In this document: positions 23,966 through 37,274 of the stretch, in pieces | How positions within the stretch are numbered: the first letter of the stretch is position 1 | Layout: the number at the start of each line of letters is the position of its first letter | Assembly: GCA_010909165.1 (NCBI GenBank) | Contig: MU008196.1 | Location: 558,001-622,000, forward strand | Reading direction: 5' to 3' | Source of the DNA: Anthoceros angustus | Taxonomy: Eukaryota; Plantae; Anthocerotophyta | DNA length: 64,000 nucleotides | The notes under the pieces: model-generated | The model's database searches: none | What the model was told of the DNA's origin: nothing | The model's input: only the letters and a program-made list of their open reading frames with translations | Program-made: the position numbers and the translations under genes

Positions 23966-25528
23966 TCAAAACATTGGATTGACGGTGAAAGATACATTTT
24001 TTTTGTGGTATAGAAAGTCCGCCAGTAGTTCCCTACAATGTAGTACAAGGCTTGAGTCTTGTGATAGACCCGTCAGGCACCGATTGGCGGTGTCTTGATG
24101 GTCATTGTAGTGGAGGCAACCGCAAACATTTGGAGTTGGACCCTCTTGACCAAACTTTGACCGGTCCAAAAATAGCCTTTTACATCATGCTCAAAACATC
24201 ACCCCCATTCCTAGAGTACATATACTTACACACCAATCACAAGTTTGTTGGTCGACCTACAAAAAGGAACAAAGGGTGGTGCTAGCTGGCCGCGCCCACT
24301 CCATTCTCATTGACACATATGGGCAAGGTACACACCTTTCCAGAAAGCGCTTTTTGAAAGCGGGCAAGCATCTCGTCTGTCGAATGTAAAGGATATTCTT
24401 CCCGAACCTCTTTGAAAGAAGAGCAGCCTGTGTTTCACCATCGCCACTTGTATGACATGGAATTTCTTCCGAACGTGATCTCCTCATCCATGCCCTTGAT
24501 CTATAAGTCCCGCTAACACCTTTTCGAGCGTTATCGAATTTGCCCACATTCTCCAGTTGGTATCCCTTGAAAGGATTTCCATGGCTTTGCCAACATGTCT
24601 TTAGGCTTCACATAAACACTGTCCACTTGCTTTGGCTCCTCAGTCACCTTTTGCTTCCCTTTCCCTTTTTGCTTGTCCCAGCTGGTGTACATGCTTCGTC
24701 TGTTCCAATAGCTCTCCTGCTTCCTACTTGGAAAAAATCATGTCCACATTGTCCCACACCTTACCCTCCTGCTTGGCAATGCACAAAATGAGGGACCGGT
24801 TGTCCCACGGTTTTGCTAGACGCCGTCTCCTTCATCATCTCAATCAATCCTAGCACTTTGTACAAATTATACTTCCATGACATGGTCATCTGCACTCCTT
24901 CTCGTTTTGCAACGAACAGCTCATTCCTCAAGTACCTGACTTGCTCAATGAAGTTCATCTTCTTCCTTTTGTCCGACATAATATTGTGATATGTGGCAAG
25001 CACTCGCATTTTAGGAACAGTAAGCCCACAGGATACATGTGCTTCAACATAGTGGAAGCGCTTCTTCCCTGGAAAGATATCAGATAAATGTTTCATGGCT
25101 TCATTCGTGTGGTTCTCGCCAAGCACCCCCGTGACATATTTGTTCGCCCGCCATCGCTTCCAGTCCAGCTTGCTCAAGTCATCACACTCACTTGGAGCAA
25201 TCATACAAAGCAGAAGCAACACACCCTCTTCTATCCTTCCCTTTGAAATAACAAGTGCCAAATAGTTGGCCCATGCCTCATCAACCCTCCAAATCTTCGC
25301 ATCCGGGGTAACGTGCGATGCTAGCCTTAGGTTCTCCAATTTGACCAATACTATCTCCAATACAACCTTCTTCGAGTACGCAGAATCCCTAAGGCAAGTC
25401 AGGGGATCTGCATCTTTGATTGCATCCTCCAGCCGTTCAACATCTATCAAAATATAAGCTGGAATGTTGGCACCGAGTCCTCTTGCCTTGCCACGTTCTT
25501 CGCTTTCCTCCTCCACCTCGTGCTCCAC
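23966..25528 (-). pseudogene. ParB/Srx-like domain protein, frameshifted and ending at the family D LTR
   Basis: 255-aa ORF 24761-25528 contains VLGENHTNEAMKHL...VEAHVSCGLT...LATYHN...MNFIEQVRYLR, resembling the G.NH/T..A..L ParB-like signature. Coding-like frames continue to ~23966. Confidence 0.45.
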
Positions 25529-25694
25529 TATGGATTTGCCTGGTACCCTCTATAGCATCCAAAGACGCTGCACTCCGCTTTCCTCTTGAGCCAGCCGTCG
25601 GCCCAGCATCACTCCTTGCAGACCCTTGGAGGCGCTGAGCCAGCCCCTGCTGTTTCTACCTCCTATCAAGCCTCCTTCGGCCCCCATATCACCT

Positions 25695-27230
25695 TCATCT
25701 CTGCGGCATCCGATGGCCACCACCACTTCCACTTCCTCCATGCTCCCTTGGATGGGTTACGCTAAAGGACCTCGTGGAAGGGGCATCGGCCGGCCGGCGC
25801 CCCAGTCCAACATCTCCCTGTTGAAACTGGATGAACCAATTTGGATCAAGTGTAGGCAAGTCCGAACCTGCTCCACCCTTAGGCGCAACATGGGTGCCGG
25901 CCGGCCAGTGCCCATGAATCTCATCTCTGTTGTATGCAATAGTTGGGACCACCATGGACGGCCCTTGCATGGCCAAGCTTAAGAGGTCATTTGCATCCCT
26001 GTCTTCATCATATCCCCAATACACTTCTTTGTCTGAATGGCCAAGCACGTCTGGAATAGGGCCATCTTCCTCATATGATGGGCCGAGCTCATTGTCTGGA
26101 TTCTCTGACTCCGGACTTTTTGCCTTTTCATCACTTTTTTGCATCGCTGCTCTCACCCATCTCATGGACACCTCCCTCCTATGATCCACAATTGCCTCTG
26201 TAATCTTCCCACAGATAGCCCTGATGAGTACCCTTCCGACTAAGGGGAGCTGCAAAACCAAAAACCGAAAGATGGGTCATTGATCAAAGTCATAGAGCAA
26301 CCAACAAGAGTATCATTTCAGACAAAACCTGTGCTTACAGTCTACTGGCGCATGGAGTCACGGAACTCTTCAACAAGTGATCACAGGTGCACATTTCTTG
26401 CGGTGAAACCTCTCCGGACTAAGAACATAATGTGTACATATCGGGATCTTGGATTACTACCTCGAACTCATATGGCTTGGTGGTGCAAGACAAGATAAAC
26501 TCTGGCTCTACCTCGAACTCATATGGCTTGGTGGTGCAAGACAAGATAAACTCTGGCTCTCCCTCATTGATGTCCATAGTGGCCCATATAACCCAACCAG
26601 CCCTAGCTCTTTGATTGGCAATCCACTTATGTTCCGCAGTTTGAACAAGGGCGTCCGCAACCGCATCTCCTCATCTAGATGTGGATCGTGCATGAGCACC
26701 CAATCCTTGTCCAAAATAACAACATGGTCAAGCTGACCACAGTGACTAAGTCCCTGGATAAGCACCATCCTCTCGTAGCTGAACAGAGAAGGAATTGGGG
26801 TGCATAGGATTAACCGCACTTTCGCAACCTTCTCCACTCCTATGCCACTGACTTTGTTCGCTATATACTTGAAAGACATGCTCCCGGATTTTGCACTCTT
26901 ACGGAGGCTATACGTCCTCCTACACCTACAGGGAGTGCAGATTGCATTGGCAAGGTGCCCCATGTGTGGAACACAGTGGGTCGTGCCTCCACCTGCCCGT
27001 GGAGGTCGCCATCTTTGCCTTGCTTGTAGCCCTAGTTTTCTTTGGCTTATGGGTCGGTGCTGGCGGATCGGCGACTGGGTCAGCCTAGTCCTTGTTACTC
27101 CTCCTCCCGCTTGCCATCTTCCTGTGAACAAACCTTCACCCATTCTGTACAGACTGCAATGGCGCGGATGTTCAAAATTCACCACAAGGATGAACGATGG
27201 ACCTCTCTCACAATAGCTGCTGCCTAGCAC
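25695..27230 (-). CDS. Hypothetical ORFs co-oriented upstream of the ParB-like ORF
   Basis: ORFs 25695-26261 (188 aa) and 26508-27230 (240 aa). No family recognised. Confidence 0.25.
26457..26558. repeat. 51-bp tandem duplication
   Basis: CTACCTCGAACTCATATGGCTTGGTGGTGCAAGACAAGATAAACTCTGGCT x2. Confidence 0.9.
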
Positions 27231-28492
27231 ACTTGAAGGCTCTCTCGTGCTTGCCTCTTAACTCCCAATCAATTGACGAAGGCTTCTCTTCAGCTCTTCG
27301 CTCTTCAGTGCGTTACCGCACAGCTCGGATGCCCTAGATTGCACCTGAACTGGCTCCAAATGGCTTAGGCCAAATTGACACACAATTATAAGAATGTGGT
27401 TGTTAAGGATCAAGTCGTGGTGGTACCTTAGGTGCAAGTAGCTAAGACACACCATGGTGTTAACTATCCAGCGCTTAGATCAGTACGTAGATGGGGTGCC
27501 TAGAGGAAGTGGATGCCCTTGGTGTAAGTAGTTTAGGCACACCATGGTACCAAGTCCTATGACGAACGTTGTCTAAGAAACTATCTGAGACTTTATGTAA
27601 GAAAAGAGATGGGAAGTTCTGTCTAGAGTGAGGTATAATAGACTTCTTAAGTCTTCTTCTCTTGAGTTTTCAACCAGACTTCAAAATTTATTTATTCACA
27701 TGTTATTTTAACTCACAACAAATACTTTGAATGTTGTTTAGAACCTTGTCCCGACCAACATCAAGGTTTTTACAAATATATGTCCCCACATGCCACTTTA
27801 ACTCACAACAAACACTTCGAAGGTTTTTTAGAATCTTGTCTCGGCCAACATCAAGGTTAAGTAAATGTGTGTCAAATGGTTTAGGCCAAATGAACACACA
27901 TATATAAAACACAAGTTGTTAAGCATCCTGGCTTAGATCGATACTTAGATGGGTCTTTGGAGGAGTAGATGCCCATGGTGCAAGTAGATTAGGCATATCA
28001 TGGTACACGTGGTTAAGTACCAAAGTCCCATGACTTGATGCAGTTTTTGTAAGCATCCAAGTTTTTGTAAGCACATTTTTCTGGTTCGAGACCGCAACAC
28101 ATTTTTCTAGTTCGAGACCACCGCAACACGCGGCCCACATGGGAAACCGGTGCGAGTCCTTGTTTACATAACTTATTGTCAAATAAATAAGTAGCTTAGG
28201 CGCTGTAGAACATGATAGGTAGTGATAATAATATAATAGGTAATGATAATAATGCCCTTCTACTCTTCCGATAAAACCATCCTCCCACCCTCCACTTCGA
28301 ACGGACGAGTAGGTACCTATCTGGTCTCACCTCTAAAGAACCAACCTCCCCCACCCCATCCTGCCCCGCCCTCGTTTATTTCAGATAAGTCAATTAATTA
28401 CCTAGCCTAAGCGAATGAGATTGTAGACAAACGGTAACGCTAGAGAGTGTCAAGGCACTGGCTCAGGATCTTCACAAAACTGCAGTGCCGGT

Positions 28493-28635
28493 AATGTCCA
28501 CATCCACGTGAAGAGCCCTGATATTACATGGTGCGAATGTCAACATCCACGTGAAGAGCCCTGATATTACATGGTGCGAATGTCCACATCCACGTGAAGA
28601 GCCCGGATATTACATGGTGCGAATGTCCACATCCG
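28493..28635. repeat. 43-bp tandem repeat (x3.3) containing CACGTG, downstream of GNOM
   Basis: Unit AATGTCCACATCCACGTGAAGAGCCCTGATATTACATGGTGCG. Confidence 0.9.
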
Positions 28636-29018
28636 CAAGCTACATGATCATCTACTAATGTTAGAGGTGTTCTATTCTACGACCCAGAACCTTGGTCACC
28701 ACACGCCGTACAGGTTCGGAGACGGCACCAGTTTTGATGTAGCAAAGGAATCCGTCTTGCCTAACTTGCACCTGCAACCCGTCATGCTGCAGCAGTCTAA
28801 ATGCGCAGGCAGTTGCAGCCTGTAGGGTTGTCGCCTGAAGACGTTGCAGGCAACAAACCTACGAGCTGCAAAACTACGTCTATGACATAACCGGCAAGAT
28901 GCACCAAACTATTTACCTCAAACTGGATGAAATAATGAAAGTATCTGCTCTGCATAAAGCAACATGATTTGCTCGGTTGCGATCTGCCGTTCTCTAAAAC
29001 CTCACATGCCGACATCCT

Positions 29019-32000
29019 CTACGAGCTGTTCACATGTGCTGATTCTTCTGGTGCTGCCTCCACTGCCACAGGTGAAGCCTCTAGTGCAGCACCTTCTGTA
29101 GTCAGCACCTCTTGCTCCACAATCACCTCATGTTTGTCCGCTCCACTTCTCTCTGCTGCCAGTGGAGCTCTGACTTCAGGAAACATATCATCTTGAAGCC
29201 AAGGCGAAATAGCCTGAACCTGAGGCCAGCTCTGCTCCAACAAGCTGTCGCCTCCGAGAGTGCTTCTCTGCATGAGGACTCCTCTGGTATGCATCACAAG
29301 CAGCATGTTCTTCAAGATCTCAGGCACTTGTTCTTGCAGCCTGTCGCTAGCTTTGCCCCTGAGCCTAAGTTTCAGGTACTTTTCCATATGACCCAGAACA
29401 GCGAGCCAGAGTGTCCCGAAGCTAGGTAGGGCAGACAGATGGTCAAGAAAATGAAGAAAACTTTTTGATATGAATTTCATCGCTTGATACAGAGTTCCTT
29501 CCATGCTCCGAAACTCTTTTGAGGACTGCCTACTTACTATGTCCAGTAGATCATCTAGCAAAGGAAAGACAATCTGGTCAAAGCAATGAGCCAAAACTGC
29601 TGGGCTGGCGTTTAGGTCATCTGCTGCGATTATACACCGTTGCAAAGCTGACAAGGCATAATTCCTGACTTCCTCCCTGTGATCCAGACATACTTTCCTT
29701 AACCCTTGAGCAAGTCGAAGCCACATATCTGCAAGCTCTTGAATCACCTTTCCATTTTCACCTACTTCCTCAGCTGGGTTAGCATCAGAATTAGCTACTT
29801 TCCTCCACTGGACAAGACAGGTGACTGACTCTGAAAGAAGATCAAGTGCGGATCGACTGTCATTGCCACCAGTCCTGGATTCAGCAAAGGCCCTTGCTGC
29901 ATCAAGGCAAAGAACATAGTTGGCGGGCAGCATGTGTGCACCCTCAGCCATTATAAAAACAAGAGCTTCAAATCCAGGATCCGACGCCTCTGGATGCCGA
30001 GCAGTCATTGTCAGTAAAGATGCTACTGTTCTCCATCCAGCCATGGATTTAATATGTCCAGCATTGGCTCTGACGAGCTGCATTACCTCCTGGGTGATTC
30101 GCTCACAAAACTCGTCAGCAACGCGGGCATCAAGTTTCAAAATCAGCTGCAGAGATCGCAGAAGCTCTTCAGACAGGTTTTCCTTATACGGAAGCAGCCG
30201 TTGGCAAATGTGAAGTAGACCAAAAACAGCCTTCTCCACAAGGGGGGTAGGAGTAGTTGCAGTCTGGACAATGCCAGCCATGTGCTCATAGACACCCTGC
30301 CAAAGCAACATTATCCGGTCACGATTATTGAGCGTGATGGCAATTAAAAGCTCTAAGCAGAAAACAGCGGTATCTTCATCCTCTGGTGTGGTTCCTTTCG
30401 TTGACCTTCCTGCAGCCCCAATGAGAGCCTTAGCTAGCTCCAAAAGTGAATCCGCTTGCAAAAATCTGCTATCTGTGAAAATATTGTCAATATGACAAGC
30501 TTCAATGGTACGAAGGGTTCGTTGATGAGCTGCCAACTGTTGCTCTGTAGGCTGCAATCTAGGCTCCTCACTTTCCAGAGAAAGAAGCTGACTAAAACGA
30601 CTCATTAAACCAGATGACTTCCGACGCGCACCACCAGTAGGTGCAGGCAATAGGGCCTGGTTGCCCGGGAAAACTTTTCCATGTGCTGATGAAGTCATGC
30701 CATCTGTCTCATCAGCAATATCACTGGCAACACGTGATGCTAAGAGACCTAACTTATGCAAACGGAGAATGCAATCCAGAATATTACGCCATCCACCACG
30801 AATATAGTCACCAAACTTATTGGCAATGGTGAACACAGCAAGTGCAGCCATTCGAGCCTTTGTATCCCCTCAAAGGCAATGAGGCTCTTCCACAGACGTG
30901 GTGGGATTGAGTAGAGTTGTGAACTTGCATAGGGACACAGCCAAGTCATCTAGCACATCCTCAAGGCGATAGCTTGCAGCAATCTTTGCCACTGCCAGGA
31001 AACCATCTACACATGCCTGTTGCACCTCCTCTTCTTCAGCATGGTCGAAGACAACAGAAATAGCAGCAATCGTTGGACCCGAGATCATAGCAAACATATC
31101 ATTGTCTAGGAGTTGAGCCATATCACACTGAATATAAGGAGAAGTTGTTCGAGACCTACGCATCAAATCCACCCACCGGCTGTAGGTCATATCACCAGAT
31201 GCTGTACCATGGTCATAAGATACTTTGATTTCATCCCGTACAATTGAGTGGTACAGATCTAACAGCATCTCACGAGGTAGATCTTCCCCACCATTGATGC
31301 TCCGATTATTCTTGATGAAGTCTTCTTCACTCATCTTCCGTTTAACTCGAACATTGTGCTGGTCTGTGTTGAGCATAATGACAGAGTAAGCAAGTACATA
31401 AGCAGCATCCTTATTAGCCAATATCCCAGAGGACTGTTCATAGTATCTCTCTGCAAATGCATCAAGCACCCTGGATATCTTCTGAGCCTCTCCTGGTGGC
31501 CAGCTCTCGAGGAAATGCATAGGCACTATCTAGACTCATATCAGTGAAGTCAAAAGTTCGAGCAAACTCAACCAGCACATCGAGGCAAAACTCATCAGGA
31601 TCACCCAGGAAATCTCCTAATAGGCTCTTATCCAGACCCGACGTGTACCTGAAGAAGCATGCCACACTTCGCGGATCAAGCTTCTCTGGCAAAAAACGGA
31701 TCACTTGAAGAAACTCAAGACCCTTCTTAGGATCTCTGTTAAAATGATCAGCACCAATCATTAGCCTACGTTTTATGTATTTGCATCGTCGAACAAACTG
31801 AACCCAACACTGTGGATCTTCGTAGTTCTCACACTGCACTGTCCAGAACGGCACATACTCCTGACCTTCTTCAATTGCTGGCCCAGAATAAGGGACTGAA
31901 GCACCGTCAACTCTGTCAGCCATACTATGAATCACAGCGAAGCCCTCAAGTGCAAGAACATGCATGGCAGAAAGTGGACAGTTCACTGGAAATGCACTCT

Positions 32001-33710
32001 TGACAGCAAGTTCCCAAGATCTTCAAACAAATTACTGCACGTGATGTCACAGTCAAAGTTGGCGTACATTTCAACCATGAACCTAGGTTGACGACAAAAG
32101 TCAACCAGGGCTTCCATAGCCACTTCCTGTTCTTGGTACGTCGCCCCATACCTCCCTGTGCCAGACGGATTATCACGTAAGAGAAAAAGCTTCCAGTTGA
32201 AGCTTGACATGGCACCGAAGATGATGGTACAGATTAAGGACTATACTGCATGCCATGGATAAAACCAAAGGCTGACGAGAGAGTCCCATCTGGATAAGGT
32301 TACGGCAGAGCTCATCCTGCACAAGGGCCAGCAGCTTGGGGTGCTGACCAAATGATTGCCCACCCAATTCCAGCGCAGAGTTGATAAGCCCAAGTGCAAA
32401 AGTGGGACATCCTCATCACTAGCTAAAACACTTTGACCAGGGCCCTGGGATCCCCACATTCAAGAGTGAGCACAAAAAATGAAAATCTCCACCATGCACA
32501 TCACTCCATAGGACTCCCTTGACGCAGCATCACCTTGATGACCATCCATTTTGTTCACTGCCCCCCAGTCTTGGAAATTACTACCATCAGACAAAGCTAA
32601 CCCAGGTGACGATGGTGATAGCTGAGGAGGAAGCTTCTGTGTTCCATCTTCTAAAGAGGGACCATCGTTAGAGCCTGTGCTGGACAAGCCCAGAACATTT
32701 GCCCCATTCGCCTGTAAACCAGAAACGGTTCCCTCTGTTTGCAACTCTCCCTGCACAAAAGCAAGGTTCCAACGTCAGTTGTGACAGCCCTACTTCTGCC
32801 CACCGCTTGCGTACAAGACATTAAGGTGTAGCATCACTCACGGAAGCGGAGCTGTTGCACGAGGATTGCTCAAACTGACTGCTTGGAGTCGTTCCAGAGT
32901 GGACACTGACAAGAGGCAATCTTGAGAAGATGGTCCTAACAAGCTCATGCATGGCATGGCGGGCAGTGCGCTGCAAGAGCTCGCCTTTTGAACCAGCCTG
33001 ATGCACAACTCTAAAGCAGGTGTTCACCACATTCAGCACATCACCATTACTAAGAACAGCACCCGCACCAGTTTTAACACATGCCAGCAGGACTTGCAGG
33101 ATCTTCATGAGGACAATTTCCTCAGAGGCTGGGTCAGTGACCTCGAAACGGCAGCTAGTGACACAGTCCACTATGGAATGCATCGCTTCACCAACGTGTG
33201 CCGTCCTTGCATTGAACACTTGCAAAGTCAGAATCTTGTACACAGCAGAAAGAGCAACGCCTGTGATAGGAGCTCCTGCCAAGTAACGACCAGCAGTGTC
33301 AATCGAATCCACAGGCACAGCAGCAACGGCTGTCTTTGACAACACAAAAGAAGTTCAAGGATGACGATGCAGGTACCTGTCTCATCGGAACGGATAACCT
33401 CAAGAAAGGGTGAAAGGTAAATATTGGGGCTAATGGTCTGCCAGGGCTGGTGCCAGCTGAAGATGCGGCGTCGTAGCATCTTGAGTGCATGCATGAGTGA
33501 GTGTTCGTGCTGATCGTCATGCCCGGCCATGTAGCGAGTGCCCCACCGCGCATTCCGGCGCATCACAGCCAACACAGCCCCAATCTCTGCATTCACCATA
33601 CAAGCCAATGTTCCACCATCCCCTGTTGCGGCAACCCCTGTATTCGAATGACTGGTCTCAAGGATGCCGCCTCCAGGCTGCAGGTCCGACACAAGACTAC
33701 CGCATGCCAT
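29019..33710 (-). CDS. GNOM: GNOM-like GBF1-type ARF guanine-nucleotide exchange factor (Sec7 domain)
   Basis: N-terminus LACMVNAEIGAVLAVMRRNARWG and SPFLEVIRSDETG/APITGVALSAVYKIL. Sec7 motifs PGEAQKISRVLDAFAERYY and YSVIMLNTDQHN. HDS region AVFTIANKFGDYIRGGWRNILDCILRLHKLGLL. Predicted GT-AG introns 33276-33376 and 32751-32841 restore frame. The remaining frameshifts are 1-3 nt losses, often in homopolymers. Confidence 0.95.
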
Positions 33711-34158
33711 GGCCTTATAAGCTGCAGGATTCCTCCTTAGGTTGGCAGGAGAGATCCCCCCTACTGCAGCCTTCTAGCCCGCCCCTTGCCAGATCTCCAT
33801 GAAAATAACACGGAGCAGATGCGTTGCTTGCTGTGAGAGCCCAACAAGGCAATGAAACACTACCACGAAGATGGACATCCATTCACAGCGAGCGCCTCGG
33901 AAGAAGGCCGTCAGCCCCTGTCGATGCAGCTAAGCTTGAGCCATTTACAGCGAATCCTGTCCGGAACACTGCAAACGGGTTCGACGATGATGACTTCAAT
34001 GGAGTGAAGCCAGTGAAACGACAGTCGACAAGACCACCAACTTTTAAGGAAACGAAAATGGTATTATTCCGTATGAAAATATATAGGGAACGTGGAGACT
34101 TTATAAATATGCGGAGATAGAGGTCCATCCACAAGAACAAGCCTGAGGTCCAGACCTA

Positions 34159-34335
34159 TTATATATATATATAATTTATATATATGTATATATAGTACTT
34201 TCTCTTCACATCGAAGTATAGAAAGAGAAAGCTTAATATAAAAATAGTAATAATAAGTATGATTAATATTATTATAGTTATATATTTACTTATATGGTCA
34301 TAAAGTTTTAAATATCTGATATATAATAAAAATAT
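34159..34335. repeat. (TA)n-rich, very AT-rich tract upstream of GNOM
   Basis: TATATATATATA runs and almost no G/C. Confidence 0.8.
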
Positions 34336-34911
34336 TAAACCAAAAGGTGAGAGGTTGTTCAATTTCTAGTTCTCATATCATGTAATAATGCATTCTCCGA
34401 CTTTCCTTGAATGGAAAAGAGATAGGCATTATTTTGACATGCATGAGTCTTGATGAATTAAATAAGCTCAATAAAAAAAGCAAGCTAATTGTGTACCAGG
34501 GAGAAGTTAAATGCTTATTGTGTAGAAGAAGAAGGAGATGAAGAATTGTTCGGTGCCGTATTTAGTGCTACTTATACATATTTAAGATGCAAATCACTTT
34601 GTACACAAGTGGGCACCGCTTATTCACGGTCAATCCTTCTTCCGTCCTCATCCAAATTTTACTCCCTCGTTGATCCATAAGGTTAATCGAAAGCCATCAC
34701 CAACAACCCTCTACGCGCCCAAGCTAATCCCTAAGGACAAAATTCACTCGCTTTGAGACTCTTGCACAACGCGGAGTAAGACTTCTTAGTCTCCTTTTTT
34801 TCAATTTTTTTGTAATATAATACTATCCATTTTAGGCCGTACAGTCGATACTTATAGGCAATTCCATAGCAATTCCAGTATCATGGGATGCCATAATGCG
34901 AAGCGATCACT

Positions 34912-35039
34912 AAAAGCCATCAAGTTCACAAATTCCAACAAATGTCTTTCAACCAGTGTGGTTCAGGGCTGGATTAAAAGCCATCAAGTTCACAAATTCC
35001 AACAAATGTCTTTCAACCAGTGTGGTTCAGGGCTGGATT
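34912..35039. repeat. 64-bp tandem duplication
   Basis: AAAAGCCATCAAGTTCACAAATTCC...CAGGGCTGGATT x2. Confidence 0.9.
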
Positions 35040-35949
35040 ATTAGGACTACCGAGACATGTCACGGGGTAACCGCAGCGGTGGCATAACAAGGACGAGGGA
35101 AATCCAGATTTTGATTTTTCAATGATTTTGAGGTTCAATAAATTAGCATGTACATCGGACGGGCTTGTGAGAATCTAAAGGCTTGTGAGAATCTAAATTA
35201 GCACATACATCGGACGGGCTTGTGAGACTCTAAATTAGCACGTACATCACACGGGCATGTGAGAATCCGATGCTACCACTCGTCCGACATATGTGTTGGT
35301 GAGGCTATGATTATGCACTACGTTGTGGAAAGCACCGAGGATGTGTTCTTTTAGAGAGAGATCGTGTTCTTTTACCAGTATTAACAATGAAGAGTCACAC
35401 AATCTAGAGCATATATATATATATATATATATATGGTATGCAAGATAATGCGGTCCTTCCATGATGTAGGATCTGTTCTGCGTTTGTGAGCAGGGAAAGT
35501 GTAGTACCAGTGTTGTGGGTGAGATCATGAAGTTAGGTAGGCTATAATCATGACAATTTGCCACACAGCATATAATAAGATGTGGGTGACACATCTAGGT
35601 AGTGTATAGCACCACCTTAGGGACCTCCACGGCAGAAAGGAGATGTTTTTTGAATGGTTAATTTAAGTAAGCTGTGAAATAAGAAAGGGACAACCTCAGG
35701 CCCCGCTCATGATGGGATTCAAAGATAGACGAGAAAACTGATCGAAGTCCTCAGAGCTACTGCCCCATACGTTCTCTAGTGTGAGCGAAATAAAGAAGAA
35801 GCCCACTTGCATCCCGCTATACTTTGGGACCTTGAGAGCATAAAAAAGAAGCCCTCTTGTATCCCGCTATACTTTTGGACCTTGAGAGCGGACCGGGCGT
35901 TCCAACCAGATTAGTTAGTGATAACCTAAGCGAGATGGTGTCTCATGGT

Positions 35950-36190
35950 GGTCAATAACCACCACGTCCGCCACCGAAACCTCCACCATGGACAAAAAAA
36001 CATGTCGTGACCGATGAGCAATATGTTCTAAGAATGTACCTCGCCCTCCTAAGCCATGTAGCCAAGTCATGGCGAGCTATGGCAAACATGACATTGGGGA
36101 TAGCGTCGTAGGTGGCGATGTGATGACCCCCATAGGGATAACGAGCAAGGTGTATCCCCGAGTCATCGAGGTAGAGCCGCACTCGCAAGT
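35950..36190 (-). mobile_element. CRE-like (RLE) non-LTR retrotransposon, C-terminal Zn-finger fragment
   Basis: LDDSGIHLARYPYGGHHIATYDAIPNVMFAIAR parallels MDTFGMHRAHCLNGGQRIATHDVIRNVMFAM at 48630-48730. Confidence 0.6.
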
Positions 36191-36539
36191 AAGAAGGGAA
36201 GATGCCACAAGCTAGAGCAGTGCCGGGCGACTAATCGCATCGCAGCGGTGAAGGTGGTTGCGCGCCTCGTATACATGGATATGAGCCATGTCAAGCGCTC
36301 ATGTTCTTACCAAAACAAGAGCGAAGCCGAACTCTTGTGGACCTAGGGATAGAGGAGTCCAAGAGGACGAAGTGGAAAGCCTAGCCGAGTTGCTTCTCAA
36401 GCAACAACGCCTGCAACCCCCTGAAACCATCGAAGATGAACGTCGAGAAAGGAGGAAAATCTCGCCGAGCATCTCCAGAAAGCATTTCCTTGGCCTGCCT
36501 CAAGGAAATTTATAGAGGCCTAGAGGATGAAGCGAGAGG

Positions 36540-37037
36540 CCAGAGTAAGTGGTCTTGCAAGTGGATATTGAAAACGCTTTCAATACTATATAGAGGGCCG
36601 CAATATTTGAGGAGCTCAGGGATGCAGGTGGTGTCTTAGCGAATCTCATCCCGTTTGTTCGTTGTTTTTATGGCAAGTCTTCTAACCTCTATTGCCAGTA
36701 CAAGAATTGTACCTCGGGATGTGGTGTCTCATTTTTGGAATCGGCCACGGGGACCAAGCAAGGCAACCCTCTAGGAGGTGCTCTCTTTGCCCTTGCTCAC
36801 CAGAAGGCAATATCCAAGACTGCCCCTTCTGCGCGTGATTGTGTCTTTCCTTCACTAGCGAACGACTCTCACATCATTGGGCTATGGGCCAAGGTCAAGA
36901 AGGCCTTTGAGTTCTTCTCACATGAGCTCTTATTGCTATGATGGAGGGTCAAGCTCTCTAAGTGCCGAGTTTGGTCTCTGTCGGCGCTCATCCCTACTTT
37001 AAATTTTTAGTTCCCGACTAGTGAGATTGTCGTGCTG
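36540..37037 (+). mobile_element. CRE-like non-LTR retrotransposon RT fragment (left part)
   Basis: VDIENAFNTI at ~36562, then SATGTKQGNPLGGALFALAH and FPSLANDSHIIG (YADD-equivalent). Ends ...SEIVVL. Confidence 0.75.
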
Positions 37038-37274
37038 AAACAGTGTTAGCCAAAAGTGCCCTTGACATTAGGCAACCAAAATTGTACGCGAACGAAAGTC
37101 CTAACCTCTCACTCTCTGAGGAGGTCGCTATGAACGTGAATGTGAGAAAATGAGCAGGGATGAACGGAATCCTGGTAAATCCTTATCCCCCGGTGTGGTG
37201 CAAGCCACCAAAGCTGCAGCAAGCTCATCGGATGCAAAGGAAAATCCAAGGAGTCACCGATCATTCAGTGTCCC

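Noticed and set aside
23966-24050. Amino-MTase 'VNP.QKP'-like motif at the end of the ParB-like ORF
   Set aside because: Only VNP matches and it depends on frame choice. No DPPY or FxGxG motif is visible.
28493-28635. Possible CRISPR array (also 26457-26558, 34912-35039, 35140-35270, 23030-23470)
   Set aside because: These are head-to-tail tandem repeats or irregular motifs without unique equal-length spacers. No cas genes, and the context is eukaryotic.
29019-33710. GNOM as a pseudogene or as several separate genes
   Set aside because: The fragments are colinear parts of one protein, and the breaks are explained by two introns and small indels typical of noisy reads.
37040-37270. 3' LTR of the DNMT-Gypsy matching a 5' LTR at 45640-46560
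   Set aside because: No similarity between the two ends was detectable by eye, and no TSD. Not annotated.
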